Assembly: GCA_032161105.1 (NCBI GenBank)
Contig: JAVHTD010000010.1
From: Candidatus Thermosaccharophagus tengchongensis
Lineage (GTDB): Bacteria > Armatimonadota > Fervidibacteria > Fervidibacterales > Thermosaccharophagaceae
Reading direction: 5' to 3' (one strand)
Length of the DNA stretch: 64,000 nucleotides
Shown here: in pieces, positions 1-10,307 of the stretch
Layout of the letters: every line of letters begins with the position of its first letter
Position numbering within the stretch: position 1 is the first letter of the stretch
The notes under the pieces: model-generated
The model's database searches: none
What the model was told of the DNA's origin: nothing
What the model saw: only the letters and a program-made list of their open reading frames with translations
Made by a program: the position numbers and the translations under genes

Positions 1-1
1 G

Positions 2-55
2 GAAGCGAGTGAAGGTCCGACAATTTACGAGCTTCAATTGCTATCCGCAAAGTAA
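2..55 (+). CDS. 3' end of a CDS truncated by the window edge (…EASEGPTIYELQLLSAK*)
   Basis: Open frame from window start to TAA at 53-55; too short to assign function. Confidence 0.4.
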   Translation, partial: EASEGPTIYELQLLSAK

Positions 56-256
56 CGAACGATCAACCCTTGTCCATTGTTGGCTCGAATGCTCATGCTG
101 TTGGCTTCAGCCGATGATTCACCATAGATTAGCGGCAGCGTCTGCGACAAAATTTTTGGGGTAAAAGCATTGGCGCTGCTGCCGTTGGCGTCATTCATGA
201 AGACTTACGCCGGATGAAAGCCGTTGGGAAAATCCAGCACAGGGGGGGTGCGAATA

Positions 257-1333
257 ATGCTCCTGAAAGCTGTTATGGGCGTGGCATTCTTTCCCATCTT
301 TACTGCGGGGTTTGTTGATGCAAGTGGCATTAAGCTTTTGAGTGTGCGAAAGATCTGGGATTTGGCACCGCACAATGCATTTACGGACCTCATATTCTTC
401 CGAGGGCGCTGGTATTGCACCTTCCGTGAAGGGCAAGCGCATGTGAGCGATGATGGTAAGCTGCGCCTGCTCTCCTCCGAGGATGGTGAGAATTGGCAAT
501 CAGTGGCATTGTTTGAATGGCTTGGCGGAGATTTGAGAGACCCAAAGCTATCAATCACAGCTGACGGGAGGCTCATGCTCAATTCGGCAGTCCGATTCAC
601 ATCTGCCGTTAACGGTGAATCATATCGCAACTTTACATGGGCACTTTCGCCTGACAATTCGCCATGGGCGGAGTATGCGAACCGTTTTTCACATTTGCGA
701 GAACTGCATCACCAGTCGCTGACATGGCTCTCGGAGGATGGGCATGAGTTTACCGGACCATACGCATGCGTTAGCGGTGCCGGGACTTGGCGGTGGAGCG
801 TTACATGGCATGGCAAGTTCGGCTACAGCATAGGCTATAGTGGCAAAGACGCATCAGGGTGCCTATATCGCACAAGCGACGGCAAATCGTGGGAGGCTAT
901 TGCTCACGGCATATTCCCAAACGGTCGTGGCAATGAGGCATCACTTGTATTCGCTGACGATGGCACCGCATATTGCCTGTTGAGGGATGGCGGTAAGACT
1001 GGCAATGCCCACTTCGGCATTTCAAAGCCACCATACACCGAATGGACATGGAAGGATTTGGGGATGAGGATTGGCGGACCAAAGCTTGTCCGCCTACCCG
1101 ATGGGAGATTCATTTGTGGCGTGAGGCTATATGAGCAGACGATAAGGACATCAATCTGCCTCATTGAGGCGAGCGAAGGGAAGATGGTTGAATTACTCCG
1201 CCTGCCATCCGGGGGCGATACAAGCTACACCGGCATCGTATGGCATAATGATGTCCTGTGGGTGAGCTACTACTCATCGCATGAGGGGAAAAGCTCAATC
1301 TATCTCGCAAAGGTGCACATAGCACCGAAGTGA
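257..1333 (+). CDS. Exported exo-alpha-sialidase-like / BNR-repeat beta-propeller protein
   Basis: N-terminal signal-like segment; HNAFTDL, FREG, DLRDPKL, Asp-box-like SEDGENW and TSDGKSW, LPSGGDTSY motifs; G-rich RBS before ATG 257. Confidence 0.75.
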   Translation: MLLKAVMGVAFFPIFTAGFVDASGIKLLSVRKIWDLAPHNAFTDLIFFRGRWYCTFREGQAHVSDDGKLRLLSSEDGENWQSVALFEWLGGDLRDPKLSITADGRLMLNSAVRFTSAVNGESYRNFTWALSPDNSPWAEYANRFSHLRELHHQSLTWLSEDGHEFTGPYACVSGAGTWRWSVTWHGKFGYSIGYSGKDASGCLYRTSDGKSWEAIAHGIFPNGRGNEASLVFADDGTAYCLLRDGGKTGNAHFGISKPPYTEWTWKDLGMRIGGPKLVRLPDGRFICGVRLYEQTIRTSICLIEASEGKMVELLRLPSGGDTSYTGIVWHNDVLWVSYYSSHEGKSSIYLAKVHIAPK

Positions 1334-1382
1334 CAATGTTTGTCCTTCTCTCCGAATCACCCCTGAGTTAGGGGTGAATGCG

Positions 1383-2402
1383 ATGACACCGAGGGAGAGG
1401 CTAATATGCGCCTTAAGTGGTGGCATCCCTGACATTGTTCCGCACCTTGAGCTTGAGTTTCAGCTTTGCGAGGAAGTGTTTGGACAGGAGCCATTGCGTG
1501 CGCACCATCTTGAGGGTGTCCCCCGTGAACGCAAAAGGGACATGCTCAAGCGGAATGCGGAACTGTGGGTTAAGGTGGCTAAGGAATTTGACTACAGCGT
1601 CATTACGGGTTTGCACTGGCTCCCACCTGAGGAACAAATGGAGAGCTTTGAGTATGTCCGCGAGCTCGCCGGTGATACTTTCATGCTGAGCGCCTTCGTT
1701 GACGGAACCTACGCAATACCAAGCGGAAGCGATATGGTTGAACAAGCTGTCCAGTTCATTGAGCGAGAGGAGGAAGCGCTTGAGGAAGCGGAGAGGAGAA
1801 TTGAGCAAGCAATTGAAGTTGGTCTGCAGCTCATCAAAGCCGGGGCTGAAATCGTCTTCATGTGCGCCGACTATTGCTTTAACAGCGGTCCGTTTTTATC
1901 GCCGGCTATGTTCCGCAAATTTGTGACGCCATTCCTGAAACGGCAGATTGACGCCTTCAGGCAAGCAGGTGCATGGACGGTCAAGCACACCGATGGAAAC
2001 ATAATGCCAATCCTTGACCAGCTGATTGAATGCCATCCCGATGCAATCCATTCGCTTGACCCACAAGCCGGGATTGACATTAAGCTCGTGCGCCAAATTG
2101 TCGGGACAAAGATGTGCCTAATGGGGAATGTCAAATGCTCAGCCGTGCATGCCGGAACGAAGTCGGAGATAAAGCAGAGCGCACTATATTGCCTTCTCTA
2201 TGGCGGTGTTGGCACCGGTGCGTATGTGTATTGCACGAGCAATTGCATATTTAAGGGTGTGCCGATTGAGAATTACCGATACATGCTTGACCTGCGAAAG
2301 CGCTACGGCTCGCCTGAGGCATTGGAAGAGCTTGAAAGAGAGTGGTTGAAATGTGGCACACATGCAGTGGATAACAACTTGAGAGGTGAAGCAGATGCGT
2401 GA
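1383..2402 (+). CDS. Uroporphyrinogen decarboxylase (URO-D/MtaA-CmuA) family protein
   Basis: MTPRER start, DYCFNSGPFLSP, KHTDGNI, LMGNV motifs. Confidence 0.85.
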   Translation: MTPRERLICALSGGIPDIVPHLELEFQLCEEVFGQEPLRAHHLEGVPRERKRDMLKRNAELWVKVAKEFDYSVITGLHWLPPEEQMESFEYVRELAGDTFMLSAFVDGTYAIPSGSDMVEQAVQFIEREEEALEEAERRIEQAIEVGLQLIKAGAEIVFMCADYCFNSGPFLSPAMFRKFVTPFLKRQIDAFRQAGAWTVKHTDGNIMPILDQLIECHPDAIHSLDPQAGIDIKLVRQIVGTKMCLMGNVKCSAVHAGTKSEIKQSALYCLLYGGVGTGAYVYCTSNCIFKGVPIENYRYMLDLRKRYGSPEALEELEREWLKCGTHAVDNNLRGEADA

Positions 2403-2844
2403 GAGTCCGTCTCGGATGACGATCACAGTCAATGTAAAATGGGTTAAGGACAAGTGCTACTTGCTCAGCGCCGAAGGAAAGCCAGATATTGACACTGCAG
2501 CGCCATCTCAGTTTGGCGGGAGGGATGACCTATGGTCTCCACTTGACCTGCTTTTGGCGTCAGCCAATGCCTGTCTGCTATCAACATTCGTCGCTATGGC
2601 TGAAAGGATGAAGGCCAAATTTTTGCAGTATGATGGAAAAGCTGCCGGAGAAGTTGAGCAAGTTGAAGGTGCGCTCAAACTCACGAGGATAACTATCCAA
2701 CCGACCATCACGGTTGAGAGCGAAGCCGATGTTGAGCCCGTCAGGAAAGCCATTGAGGCTGCGGAGAGGTATTGCCCAGTGACGCGCTCGCTCAATGCGG
2801 AGGTCAAAGTTGAACCGCAGATCAAAGTTGCAAGACTTGAGTGA
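2386..2844 (+). CDS. OsmC/Ohr family protein
   Basis: FGG…WSPLDLLLASANAC and AERYCPV, the two conserved Cys; true start may be ATG 2416. Confidence 0.85.
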   Translation: MKQMRESPSRMTITVNVKWVKDKCYLLSAEGKPDIDTAAPSQFGGRDDLWSPLDLLLASANACLLSTFVAMAERMKAKFLQYDGKAAGEVEQVEGALKLTRITIQPTITVESEADVEPVRKAIEAAERYCPVTRSLNAEVKVEPQIKVARLE

Positions 2845-2965
2845 TGTCTCAATTGATGGCTTATTGAACCTGTGCGGCATGCTGACGCTATTGAGTTGGG
2901 ATGCAATTGACCCTAAGATACCCGTTGTGGCAGTGAGGTGATGCACACTGCCATCAAAGCCGACA

Positions 2966-3721
2966 TTGCAAATTGTCGCCGGGAGAGAAGGCTGCAAGCT
3001 TGCCGCCGAGACTAAGTCGGTGGCGATAGTTGTAGATGCAATGCGCATGAGCGCAGCGATGTGCGCACTTATGCACGCAGGCGTGAAGAAAGTGCATGTG
3101 GTGAGGAAAGTTTCGGAGGCAAGGGCGCTCGCAAGGCAATTGGGTAAAGCTTTGCTTGTCGGCGAGCGAAAAGGGATAAAGCTGAGGGGGTTTGACCTCT
3201 CCAACAGTCCAACGGAGGTGTTGAACTCGCGCATCAACACGAGCACTGCAGTGCTCACAACCACAACCGGTGCACAACGCTTGCACGAGGCATTGGGCGC
3301 ACTCGCCATATTCGTCGGGACATCGGTGAACGCCTCATCAGTCGCTGCAGCTGCTGAGATGGTAGCGAGGGAAAACGGATGCAATGTCGTCATCATACCA
3401 GCGGGGCGCTCGGACAACCCAAAGCTACCATCAGATGAGGATTGGTATGCGAGCGCTGTCATAGCCTCTCACATGAGCATCAGCATATGCGATAGCCAAA
3501 GGGACATGGTCATGGCGATGTTGGATGAGATAGAAAGGGACGGCTTGGAAAGGATCTTTGCCGAATCACTACACGGGCGGCAGCTCATAGAGCTCAACTT
3601 GAAGGACGATGTTGAGTTCTGTGCTCGTGTCAATATGCTTACGGAGGTTCCATATGTTGAGAATGTTTGTGAGTTTGACATCGGTGTTCGGAGCGTCCTT
3701 GTTAGCGAGTGGTGTAAGTGA
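2966..3721 (+). CDS. comB: 2-phosphosulfolactate phosphatase (ComB family)
   Basis: VVDAMRMS, LVGERKG…GFDLSNSP, LTTTTG, DED motifs; start codon uncertain. Confidence 0.8.
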   Translation: MQIVAGREGCKLAAETKSVAIVVDAMRMSAAMCALMHAGVKKVHVVRKVSEARALARQLGKALLVGERKGIKLRGFDLSNSPTEVLNSRINTSTAVLTTTTGAQRLHEALGALAIFVGTSVNASSVAAAAEMVARENGCNVVIIPAGRSDNPKLPSDEDWYASAVIASHMSISICDSQRDMVMAMLDEIERDGLERIFAESLHGRQLIELNLKDDVEFCARVNMLTEVPYVENVCEFDIGVRSVLVSEWCK

Positions 3722-3737
3722 CATGCGGTGAGGCATC

Positions 3738-5501
3738 ATGCGCTTCCTGCCAAACTTTTGCTTTGACAGTTTTCTTTTGAGTGCCGTTTGTGCTGAGGCG
3801 AGGGCGAAAGCTGTCGGAGGATACATCAGGCAAGTCAGGCAAGTTGGTGAATACGACATTTTGATCAAGGTGGCTGGGGCAAGCGGCATAAGGTGGCTGC
3901 TCATATCGGCACACCCCAAATATGCGCATTTGAATGTCACCCACCGTGCGCCGGAACATGCAGACAAATTGCACACTGCTTTCCTCTCCGCAATTCAAAG
4001 GCGGATTGAGGGCGCAAAAGTCAAAGCCGTTGAGCAACTTGACTTTGACAGGATCGTCAGGATAGCGCTCACTGGCAGGAACGAAATCGGCGATGCGGTT
4101 GAGCTCCATTTGATGATTGAGCTGATGGGCAAGCACAGCAACATCGTCTTAACTGACAGCGATGGGAGAATCATTGACGCATTGAAGCGTCTCCCATCAA
4201 GCGTGAACCGATACCGTGAGGTGCTCCCGGGAAGGGTTTACATTCGCCCACCATCGCATGGACGCATCAACCCACTTTCAGCGACAAGGGAGCAAGTTGA
4301 GCTGGCGTTGCGCAGTGCCGATGGTGGGACATTGCAGCAGTGGCTTCAGACGGCGTTCCACGGGATGAGCAGCGTGCTATCTTCGGAACTGCTATTCAGG
4401 GTTGGACTCAGCGGCGATGAGCCAGTTGGCTCAATTGGCGAAGAGCAAGTGGAAGCCCTGCTCAATGCGCTTTCATGGCTGCGACAAATCGTCCTCTTAG
4501 AGCAGTTCAAACCGGTGTGCATTCGCTCCGCAGATGGTAAGTTGATGGGGTGCTATCCAATTGAGCTTGAGCATTTGAGAGCCTTAGGCACTGATGAAGC
4601 TGTAATGCAAGAGCCCTGTGATGGGCTGTGCGAATGCATCTCCGAGTGGCTTGGGCAAGCTCGGTCAAGCGATGAAGTTGAACAGCTCAGAAAGGGAATC
4701 CGCCGTGAGCTTGAGAGGGCTCTGCGAGGGGTTAGTGAGCGCATAAGCTTATTGCGAGAACAACTTGCTGAAGCTCAGCATGCAGATGAATGGCGTGTAA
4801 AAGGTGAGCTGCTGCTTTCGCATGCCCATGAGGTTGAAGACGGCATAACTGAGGTCACCTTGGATGATTACTTCGGTGGCAAGGTCAAAATACAACTTGA
4901 CCCAAAGCTGTCGCCGGTTGAGAATGCGCAGCGATACTTTTCCAGATACAAGCGCATGAAAGGGGCTTGCGAACATCTCTCAAAAGCGATTGCTAAGCTG
5001 GAGGCAGTGATTGGCGAGCTGGGGAATTTGATTGCGCAGCTTGATGGCACTCACAGCTTGGAAGAGCTGAAGCGAATCGGCGAGCGAGCTGCACAGCTCA
5101 AATTGCTGAGGGCTCATGAGGCAGTTGCACACACGGATGAGGGCTCGGGTGGTAAGTTCTTGAGGTTTACCGTTGCCGATGGATTTGAGTTGCTTGTTGG
5201 AAGGAACGCACAGGAGAACATGGAGCTCATAACGAGGGTCGCCAACCCTGATGACCTTTGGATGCATGTTCGCGGTGCAAGGGGCGCACACGGCATCTTA
5301 CGCAAACACAACCGAGCGCATGAGTTCACCCAAGTGGCAATTGAAGAGGCGGCACGCATAATTGCGATGCGCAGCAAGCGCAAAGGTAAGGTGGCAGTTG
5401 ACTGCGCGCTCGCAAAGTATGTGCGCCCGGTAAAGGGTGAGCATGGGAAGGTGAGCTATACAAACCACAAGACCGTGATAGTGAGCATTGAAGCTCAATA
5501 A
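3738..5501 (+). CDS. rqcH: Rqc2/RqcH (NFACT, FbpA-like) ribosome quality control protein
   Basis: FDRIV, ELMGKHSNIVL, ENAQRYFSRYK, LLVGRNAQEN and DLWMH motifs. Confidence 0.88.
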   Translation: MRFLPNFCFDSFLLSAVCAEARAKAVGGYIRQVRQVGEYDILIKVAGASGIRWLLISAHPKYAHLNVTHRAPEHADKLHTAFLSAIQRRIEGAKVKAVEQLDFDRIVRIALTGRNEIGDAVELHLMIELMGKHSNIVLTDSDGRIIDALKRLPSSVNRYREVLPGRVYIRPPSHGRINPLSATREQVELALRSADGGTLQQWLQTAFHGMSSVLSSELLFRVGLSGDEPVGSIGEEQVEALLNALSWLRQIVLLEQFKPVCIRSADGKLMGCYPIELEHLRALGTDEAVMQEPCDGLCECISEWLGQARSSDEVEQLRKGIRRELERALRGVSERISLLREQLAEAQHADEWRVKGELLLSHAHEVEDGITEVTLDDYFGGKVKIQLDPKLSPVENAQRYFSRYKRMKGACEHLSKAIAKLEAVIGELGNLIAQLDGTHSLEELKRIGERAAQLKLLRAHEAVAHTDEGSGGKFLRFTVADGFELLVGRNAQENMELITRVANPDDLWMHVRGARGAHGILRKHNRAHEFTQVAIEEAARIIAMRSKRKGKVAVDCALAKYVRPVKGEHGKVSYTNHKTVIVSIEAQ

Positions 5502-5525
5502 CGCTTTTTGGGCGTATGGTTCATC

Positions 5526-6200
5526 ATGGGGCAAGTTGCAGCTTTCTTTGATGTTGACGGGACGATAAGCGATACCACTGTCGTCCATGCAATTGTCCAC
5601 TTCAAGTTGCGCGAAGCCGGTTGGAGAAAGTGGCTTTGGATGTGCTGCCTGCCAATGCGCGCCATTTTGTGGCTCCTGATTGACTTTGTGAGCAGAGAGT
5701 CATTTAACCGCTCGTTCTACGCAAGCTATGCTGGCATCCGCGTTGACGAGCTTACCTCATTTGCGAGGGAATACTTTGAGTCGTATTGGGTGCGAAGGCT
5801 CTACCTTGAGGCAGTTGAGCGAATTGAATGGCACAGGCGAAATGGACATCGCATCGTCATCCTAACTGGCGGAATTGATCTGCTCGTCAAGCCGCTTTCC
5901 GACTTCTTAAGGGTTGACGATATGATCGCAGCTGAGCTTGAAGTTTGCCATGGGCGCTTCACCGGGAGGTTGAACACGCCACCGTTGGGTGAATGCGGCA
6001 AACTCGCATTCCTTAAAAGCTATGCAAACTCAAATGGCATTCAACTCACTGAAAGCTACGCATATGCCGATAGCTACTCTGACAGGTTCGTGCTTGAGAG
6101 TGTTGGGCACCCCGTTGCTGTCAATCCAGATGTGCGCCTGAGGTTGCTCGCCAAAAGGCGCAATTGGCGCATCGAGCACTGGAGGACTAAACTTACTTGA
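5526..6200 (+). CDS. HAD-IB family hydrolase (SerB-like)
   Basis: AAFFDVDGT motif I; YAYADSYSD and AVNPD motifs. Confidence 0.9.
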   Translation: MGQVAAFFDVDGTISDTTVVHAIVHFKLREAGWRKWLWMCCLPMRAILWLLIDFVSRESFNRSFYASYAGIRVDELTSFAREYFESYWVRRLYLEAVERIEWHRRNGHRIVILTGGIDLLVKPLSDFLRVDDMIAAELEVCHGRFTGRLNTPPLGECGKLAFLKSYANSNGIQLTESYAYADSYSDRFVLESVGHPVAVNPDVRLRLLAKRRNWRIEHWRTKLT

Positions 6201-6254
6201 AAGCTCTTTAGGGTTAAGTCCGCACGAAAAGATTTCGCATGTGAGGTGGCAGGC

Positions 6255-7691
6255 ATGGGCGAAGGTGCACGCAAATTTACGAGGAGAAAATTCATCGCCG
6301 GTGTAAGTGGACTTGCAATCTCAGCGGCATTCAAAAGCCGCTCATATGCATATGGGCAGCCACGCCCGAACATCCTTTTCATCATGTCGGATGACCACGC
6401 CGCACATGCCCTCAGCTGCTATGGAAGCGGGGTCGTGAAGACGCCGAACATTGACAGGCTCGCAAGAGAGGGAATGCTCTTTCGGAACTGTTTTGTAACC
6501 AACTCGCTGTGCGCTCCATCCAGGGCAAGCATACTCACTGGAAAATACGCTCATGCACACGGCGTGAAGGACAACGCAACGCGATTTGATCGGGCGCAGC
6601 AAACATTCATCAAGTTGCTTCGCGATGCCGGCTATGTCACAGCCGTCATCGGCAAGTGGCATCTTCAAAGCGAGCCTGCTGGCTTTGATTACTGGTGTGT
6701 GCTCCCGGGGCAGGGGGAATACATTAACCCGACATTCATTGAGATGGGCAAAAAGATCAAGGTTGATGGATACGCCACGGACATCATAACGAAGATGTGC
6801 ATAAGTTGGCTGAGGCAATGGAGCGAGGCAAAAGGGGAAAAACCATTTTGCTTGCTTTGCCACCACAAAGCGCCACATCGCCCTTGGACGCCACCACAGC
6901 GCTATGCGCAACTGTTTGCCGATGTTGAAATTCCCGAACCACCGACATTTGATGACGATTACTCAAACAGGGCGAGCGCAGCTGCGCATGCTGATATGCG
7001 CATTGCGGACATGCCCGATTACGCTCAGGAATTGAAGCCACAAATGACGCCGCAAGAGCGCAAGCGTTATAACTACCAACGGTTCATCAAGGATTACCTG
7101 AGATGCGTCGTAGCTGTGGACGATAGCGTTGGAGAGCTTCTGAGCGAACTTGAACGCCTCGGCATTGCCGACAATACGGTTGTCATCTACACATCCGACA
7201 ACGGCTTCTTCCTCGGTGAACACGGTTGGTATGACAAGCGGTTCATGTATGAGCAGTCAATAAGGGTGCCATTGATTGTGCGCTACCCGAAGGGAGTTAA
7301 AGCCGGTTCGGTGGATGAGCACATTGTGCTCAATGTTGACTTCGCTCCAACGCTGCTTGACATGGCCGAAGTTGAAATACCGAATGACATGCATGGGCGC
7401 AGCTTCAAGGGGATTTTGTTTGGCGAGGCAATCAATAGCTGGCGCACGGCAATGTATTATCGCTATTACGAGTATCCAAAGCCGCATAGAGTCCTTCCGC
7501 ATTATGGCGTTCGCACGGAGCGATACAAGCTCATCCACTACCCCACAACTGGCGAGTGGGAGTTATTTGACCTAAAGCATGACCCATACGAGATGCGCAA
7601 TGTTTATAGCGAGCCGGCTTACTCCAACGCGGTGGTGGAACTCAAGGAGTTGCTTTATAAGCTTGCGAGAGAGGTTGGTGATGCCATCTGA
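6255..7691 (+). CDS. Formylglycine-dependent sulfatase with Tat-type signal
   Basis: TRRKFI twin-arginine; PNILFIMSDDH; CAPSRASILTG (CxPxR); GKWHL; YTSDNG. Confidence 0.93.
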   Translation: MGEGARKFTRRKFIAGVSGLAISAAFKSRSYAYGQPRPNILFIMSDDHAAHALSCYGSGVVKTPNIDRLAREGMLFRNCFVTNSLCAPSRASILTGKYAHAHGVKDNATRFDRAQQTFIKLLRDAGYVTAVIGKWHLQSEPAGFDYWCVLPGQGEYINPTFIEMGKKIKVDGYATDIITKMCISWLRQWSEAKGEKPFCLLCHHKAPHRPWTPPQRYAQLFADVEIPEPPTFDDDYSNRASAAAHADMRIADMPDYAQELKPQMTPQERKRYNYQRFIKDYLRCVVAVDDSVGELLSELERLGIADNTVVIYTSDNGFFLGEHGWYDKRFMYEQSIRVPLIVRYPKGVKAGSVDEHIVLNVDFAPTLLDMAEVEIPNDMHGRSFKGILFGEAINSWRTAMYYRYYEYPKPHRVLPHYGVRTERYKLIHYPTTGEWELFDLKHDPYEMRNVYSEPAYSNAVVELKELLYKLAREVGDAI

Positions 7692-7741
7692 GCTGCAAGG
7701 CTCATACGCGCTCATTGCATGCAGATAGGGGGTGAGCATTA

Positions 7742-8464
7742 GTGAAAGGTTTGAAGACATTTGTGGCGGTTGCAACTGTATGTTCCCTAATGTTCGCGGT
7801 AATGCACCCCTGCCTGAGCCAAACGAAGCCGGGGGAGAACGAACTGAAACGCTCCGCCGAGAGGATGGCGGAAGTTGCAAAGACAACATTCGCGCCGGTA
7901 TACCCGGCTTTGGCGAAACAGATAGTTGAGGATACGGGTGTTAAGGAGGGGGTGTGCGTTGAACTCGGTTGCGGCTCCGGTGCGCTTGGATTGGCTCTTG
8001 CGAAAATGACGAAACTCAGGGTGTATGCGATAGACATCAATCCATACGCCGTTGCGATTGCACAAAGGAACGCCGTTGAGAGCGGATTGAGCGACCGTTT
8101 CTATCCGATGCTTGGGGATGCGCTCAACCTGCCCTTTAAAAGCGGGTTTGCCGACTTGGTGGTCAGCAGAGGGATGATACCGTTCATTGAGGACAAAGCG
8201 AGTGTCTTCAGAGAGGCGTTGAGGGTTCTCAAGCCCGGCGGTGTCGCATACATTGGTGGTGGCTTCTCAAGGATGCTTGATGAGCATACGGTTATAGAGA
8301 TAGTGCGCAAGAGTTGGGGCGACCCGAAAAAGCTCCCGATGAGGCGCATCACAAAGGAGCAGTGGGAGAAGCACTTGGCTGATGCCGGAATACGAAACTA
8401 CCGCATCATTGAGGACCGGTATCAATCCGGCTCATACGGAATTTGGGTGATGTTCAAGAAGTGA
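7742..8464 (+). CDS. Class I SAM-dependent methyltransferase with N-terminal signal-like segment
   Basis: VELGCGSG motif I, GDALNLPF, RVLKPGG. Confidence 0.88.
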   Translation: MKGLKTFVAVATVCSLMFAVMHPCLSQTKPGENELKRSAERMAEVAKTTFAPVYPALAKQIVEDTGVKEGVCVELGCGSGALGLALAKMTKLRVYAIDINPYAVAIAQRNAVESGLSDRFYPMLGDALNLPFKSGFADLVVSRGMIPFIEDKASVFREALRVLKPGGVAYIGGGFSRMLDEHTVIEIVRKSWGDPKKLPMRRITKEQWEKHLADAGIRNYRIIEDRYQSGSYGIWVMFKK

Positions 8465-8511
8465 GCTTGCGCATTTTGTGGGGAGCTTGGGCAGAGAGGT
8501 GGATTTAGCGA

Positions 8512-9243
8512 ATGAAGCTCATACAAGCCATCCTTGAAACACTGTCTATTGATGCTCCGGTCAAGGAAGTGCGCATGGGTGCGTTCATAACGGCAGTTTG
8601 GGCAAGACGAATGGGGTTAGCATACACACTCGTGCCCAATAAGCCGCATGGTAAAAGGATGCCAATACCGGATGCCGGCAACCTGACAAAGCTAAGCTGC
8701 CGCCAACTTGCCCAAATGGCGCTCTCAAATGAGCTGCCGCAGCCGAGCATCGGTATGGCTGCGCTAAATGCTCTCGTCGCTGAGACTATTAAGGACGAGC
8801 ATCTTGAAGAAGCTGATGGAGCGCAAATGCTGATGCAACTTGCCGATGGAAAACGGGTGGCACTTGTGGGTCACTTCCCATTCGTTGAGGAGTTGCGAAT
8901 GCGTGCGGGGCAACTTATGGTCTTTGAGGAACGCCCATTGCCGGGCGACTTGCCCGCACACATGGCAGATGAGCTTTTGCCGCAAGCTCAAATAGTCGTC
9001 ATCACTGGGAGCACATTCATCAACCACACAATTGAGCATCTCCTTGAACTTTCCAAGGATGCCGAACTCGTCATGGTGATGGGACCGACAACACCACTCT
9101 CCAAAGTGCTGTTTGAATTTGGCGTGGATGTGATTGCCGGCTCGTTAGTTCTTGAGCCGAAAACGGTGCTGCGCTATGTTAGTGAGGGGGCAACATTTAG
9201 GCAGCTGCGCGGCGTCAAGAAGGTTGTGATGCGGCACAGTTGA
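8512..9243 (+). CDS. DUF364 family Rossmann-like protein
   Basis: IGMAALNA, VALVGHFPF, VVITGSTFINHT, MGPTTP motifs. Confidence 0.85.
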   Translation: MKLIQAILETLSIDAPVKEVRMGAFITAVWARRMGLAYTLVPNKPHGKRMPIPDAGNLTKLSCRQLAQMALSNELPQPSIGMAALNALVAETIKDEHLEEADGAQMLMQLADGKRVALVGHFPFVEELRMRAGQLMVFEERPLPGDLPAHMADELLPQAQIVVITGSTFINHTIEHLLELSKDAELVMVMGPTTPLSKVLFEFGVDVIAGSLVLEPKTVLRYVSEGATFRQLRGVKKVVMRHS

Positions 9244-9288
9244 ACCCGACGATTGCTGCTAACACAAACGCAGGGGTGGTGGATTAGC

Positions 9289-10179
9289 ATGCGGCTTGCC
9301 ACATCTTTGAATGTCCTCTTTGATCCGCAGAAAGTCACCCCGGAGAGGGCGATTGAGCGGCTCGCAGAAGCCGGCTTTGAGGCGCTTGACTTCAATTTCT
9401 GTGACTGGTTGTTTGATGGCTCACCATTTGTGGGTGACGAATGGGCAAAGTGGGTTGAAGGTGTGAGGCGGAAGGCGGAGTCAATCGGGATACCGATAAC
9501 GCAATCACACGGACCAATATTCAACAAGTTCGCCAATGACGAAAGGACAAAGTGGTTGACTCAGATGAGCCATCGCTCAATTGAGGCTGCAGGGATACTC
9601 AATGCACGGTGGATAGTGTTTGAGCCAGAGACAATCCATGGTGCGTTTGATGAAGCACACATAGCATATCTCCGGCAGCGAAACCTTGACTGGTTTGGTG
9701 AGCTGCTCAAGACGGCGGAGAAAGCCGGCGTTGGGATAGCGCTTGAGAACAATGCCGATGCATTTGCGAGGCGTGAGAGGAAGATAAGGCGACACTATTG
9801 CTCGGTGCCAGCTGAGCTGATTGACCTTGTGGATGCATTCAATCACCCACTAATTGGCATATGTTGGGACACCGGGCATGCAAACATACAGCAGCTTGAC
9901 CAACCAGCTGCACTGAGAGCCATCGGGAAGAGATTAAAGGCGCTCCACATCCAAGACAACGATGGTTTTCACGACCAACACATGCTACCCTTCTTCGGCA
10001 CAATTGATTGGCACCCAATAATTAAAGTGCTGCGCGAGATTGAATATGAGGGCGACTTCACTTATGAGGTCCACAACTCCGTCAGACCGCTTCCTGACGA
10101 ACTTAGGGACACAGCCCTTAAGCTTGCTGTAAACATCGGAAGATACTTGCTCAGCGATGCAATTGCAATCACACCATAA
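9289..10179 (+). CDS. Sugar phosphate isomerase/epimerase (AP endonuclease 2-type TIM barrel)
   Basis: IALEN, CWDTGHA, LHIQDNDG…DQH, FTYEV metal-binding motifs. Confidence 0.88.
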   Translation: MRLATSLNVLFDPQKVTPERAIERLAEAGFEALDFNFCDWLFDGSPFVGDEWAKWVEGVRRKAESIGIPITQSHGPIFNKFANDERTKWLTQMSHRSIEAAGILNARWIVFEPETIHGAFDEAHIAYLRQRNLDWFGELLKTAEKAGVGIALENNADAFARRERKIRRHYCSVPAELIDLVDAFNHPLIGICWDTGHANIQQLDQPAALRAIGKRLKALHIQDNDGFHDQHMLPFFGTIDWHPIIKVLREIEYEGDFTYEVHNSVRPLPDELRDTALKLAVNIGRYLLSDAIAITP

Positions 10180-10307
10180 TGGGATTTGTAAGACGGGCAA
10201 GTCAGCGAGCTGCTTCAAATGAAGGTCAAGATTGCGAATGGGGCATTGCAAGGGATGTGTAACGGATGCGGAGATTAACATAGCATTGCGTGGTGAACTG
10301 AGCCAAG

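Noticed and set aside
2581..3462. 293-aa minus-strand ORF
   Set aside because: Antisense to OsmC and comB; shadow-like Ser/Ala/Thr composition.
9241..9290. In-frame TGA between DUF364 and the epimerase as a Sec/readthrough site
   Set aside because: Both proteins appear complete and unrelated, the second has its own RBS and ATG, and no SECIS-like hairpin is evident.
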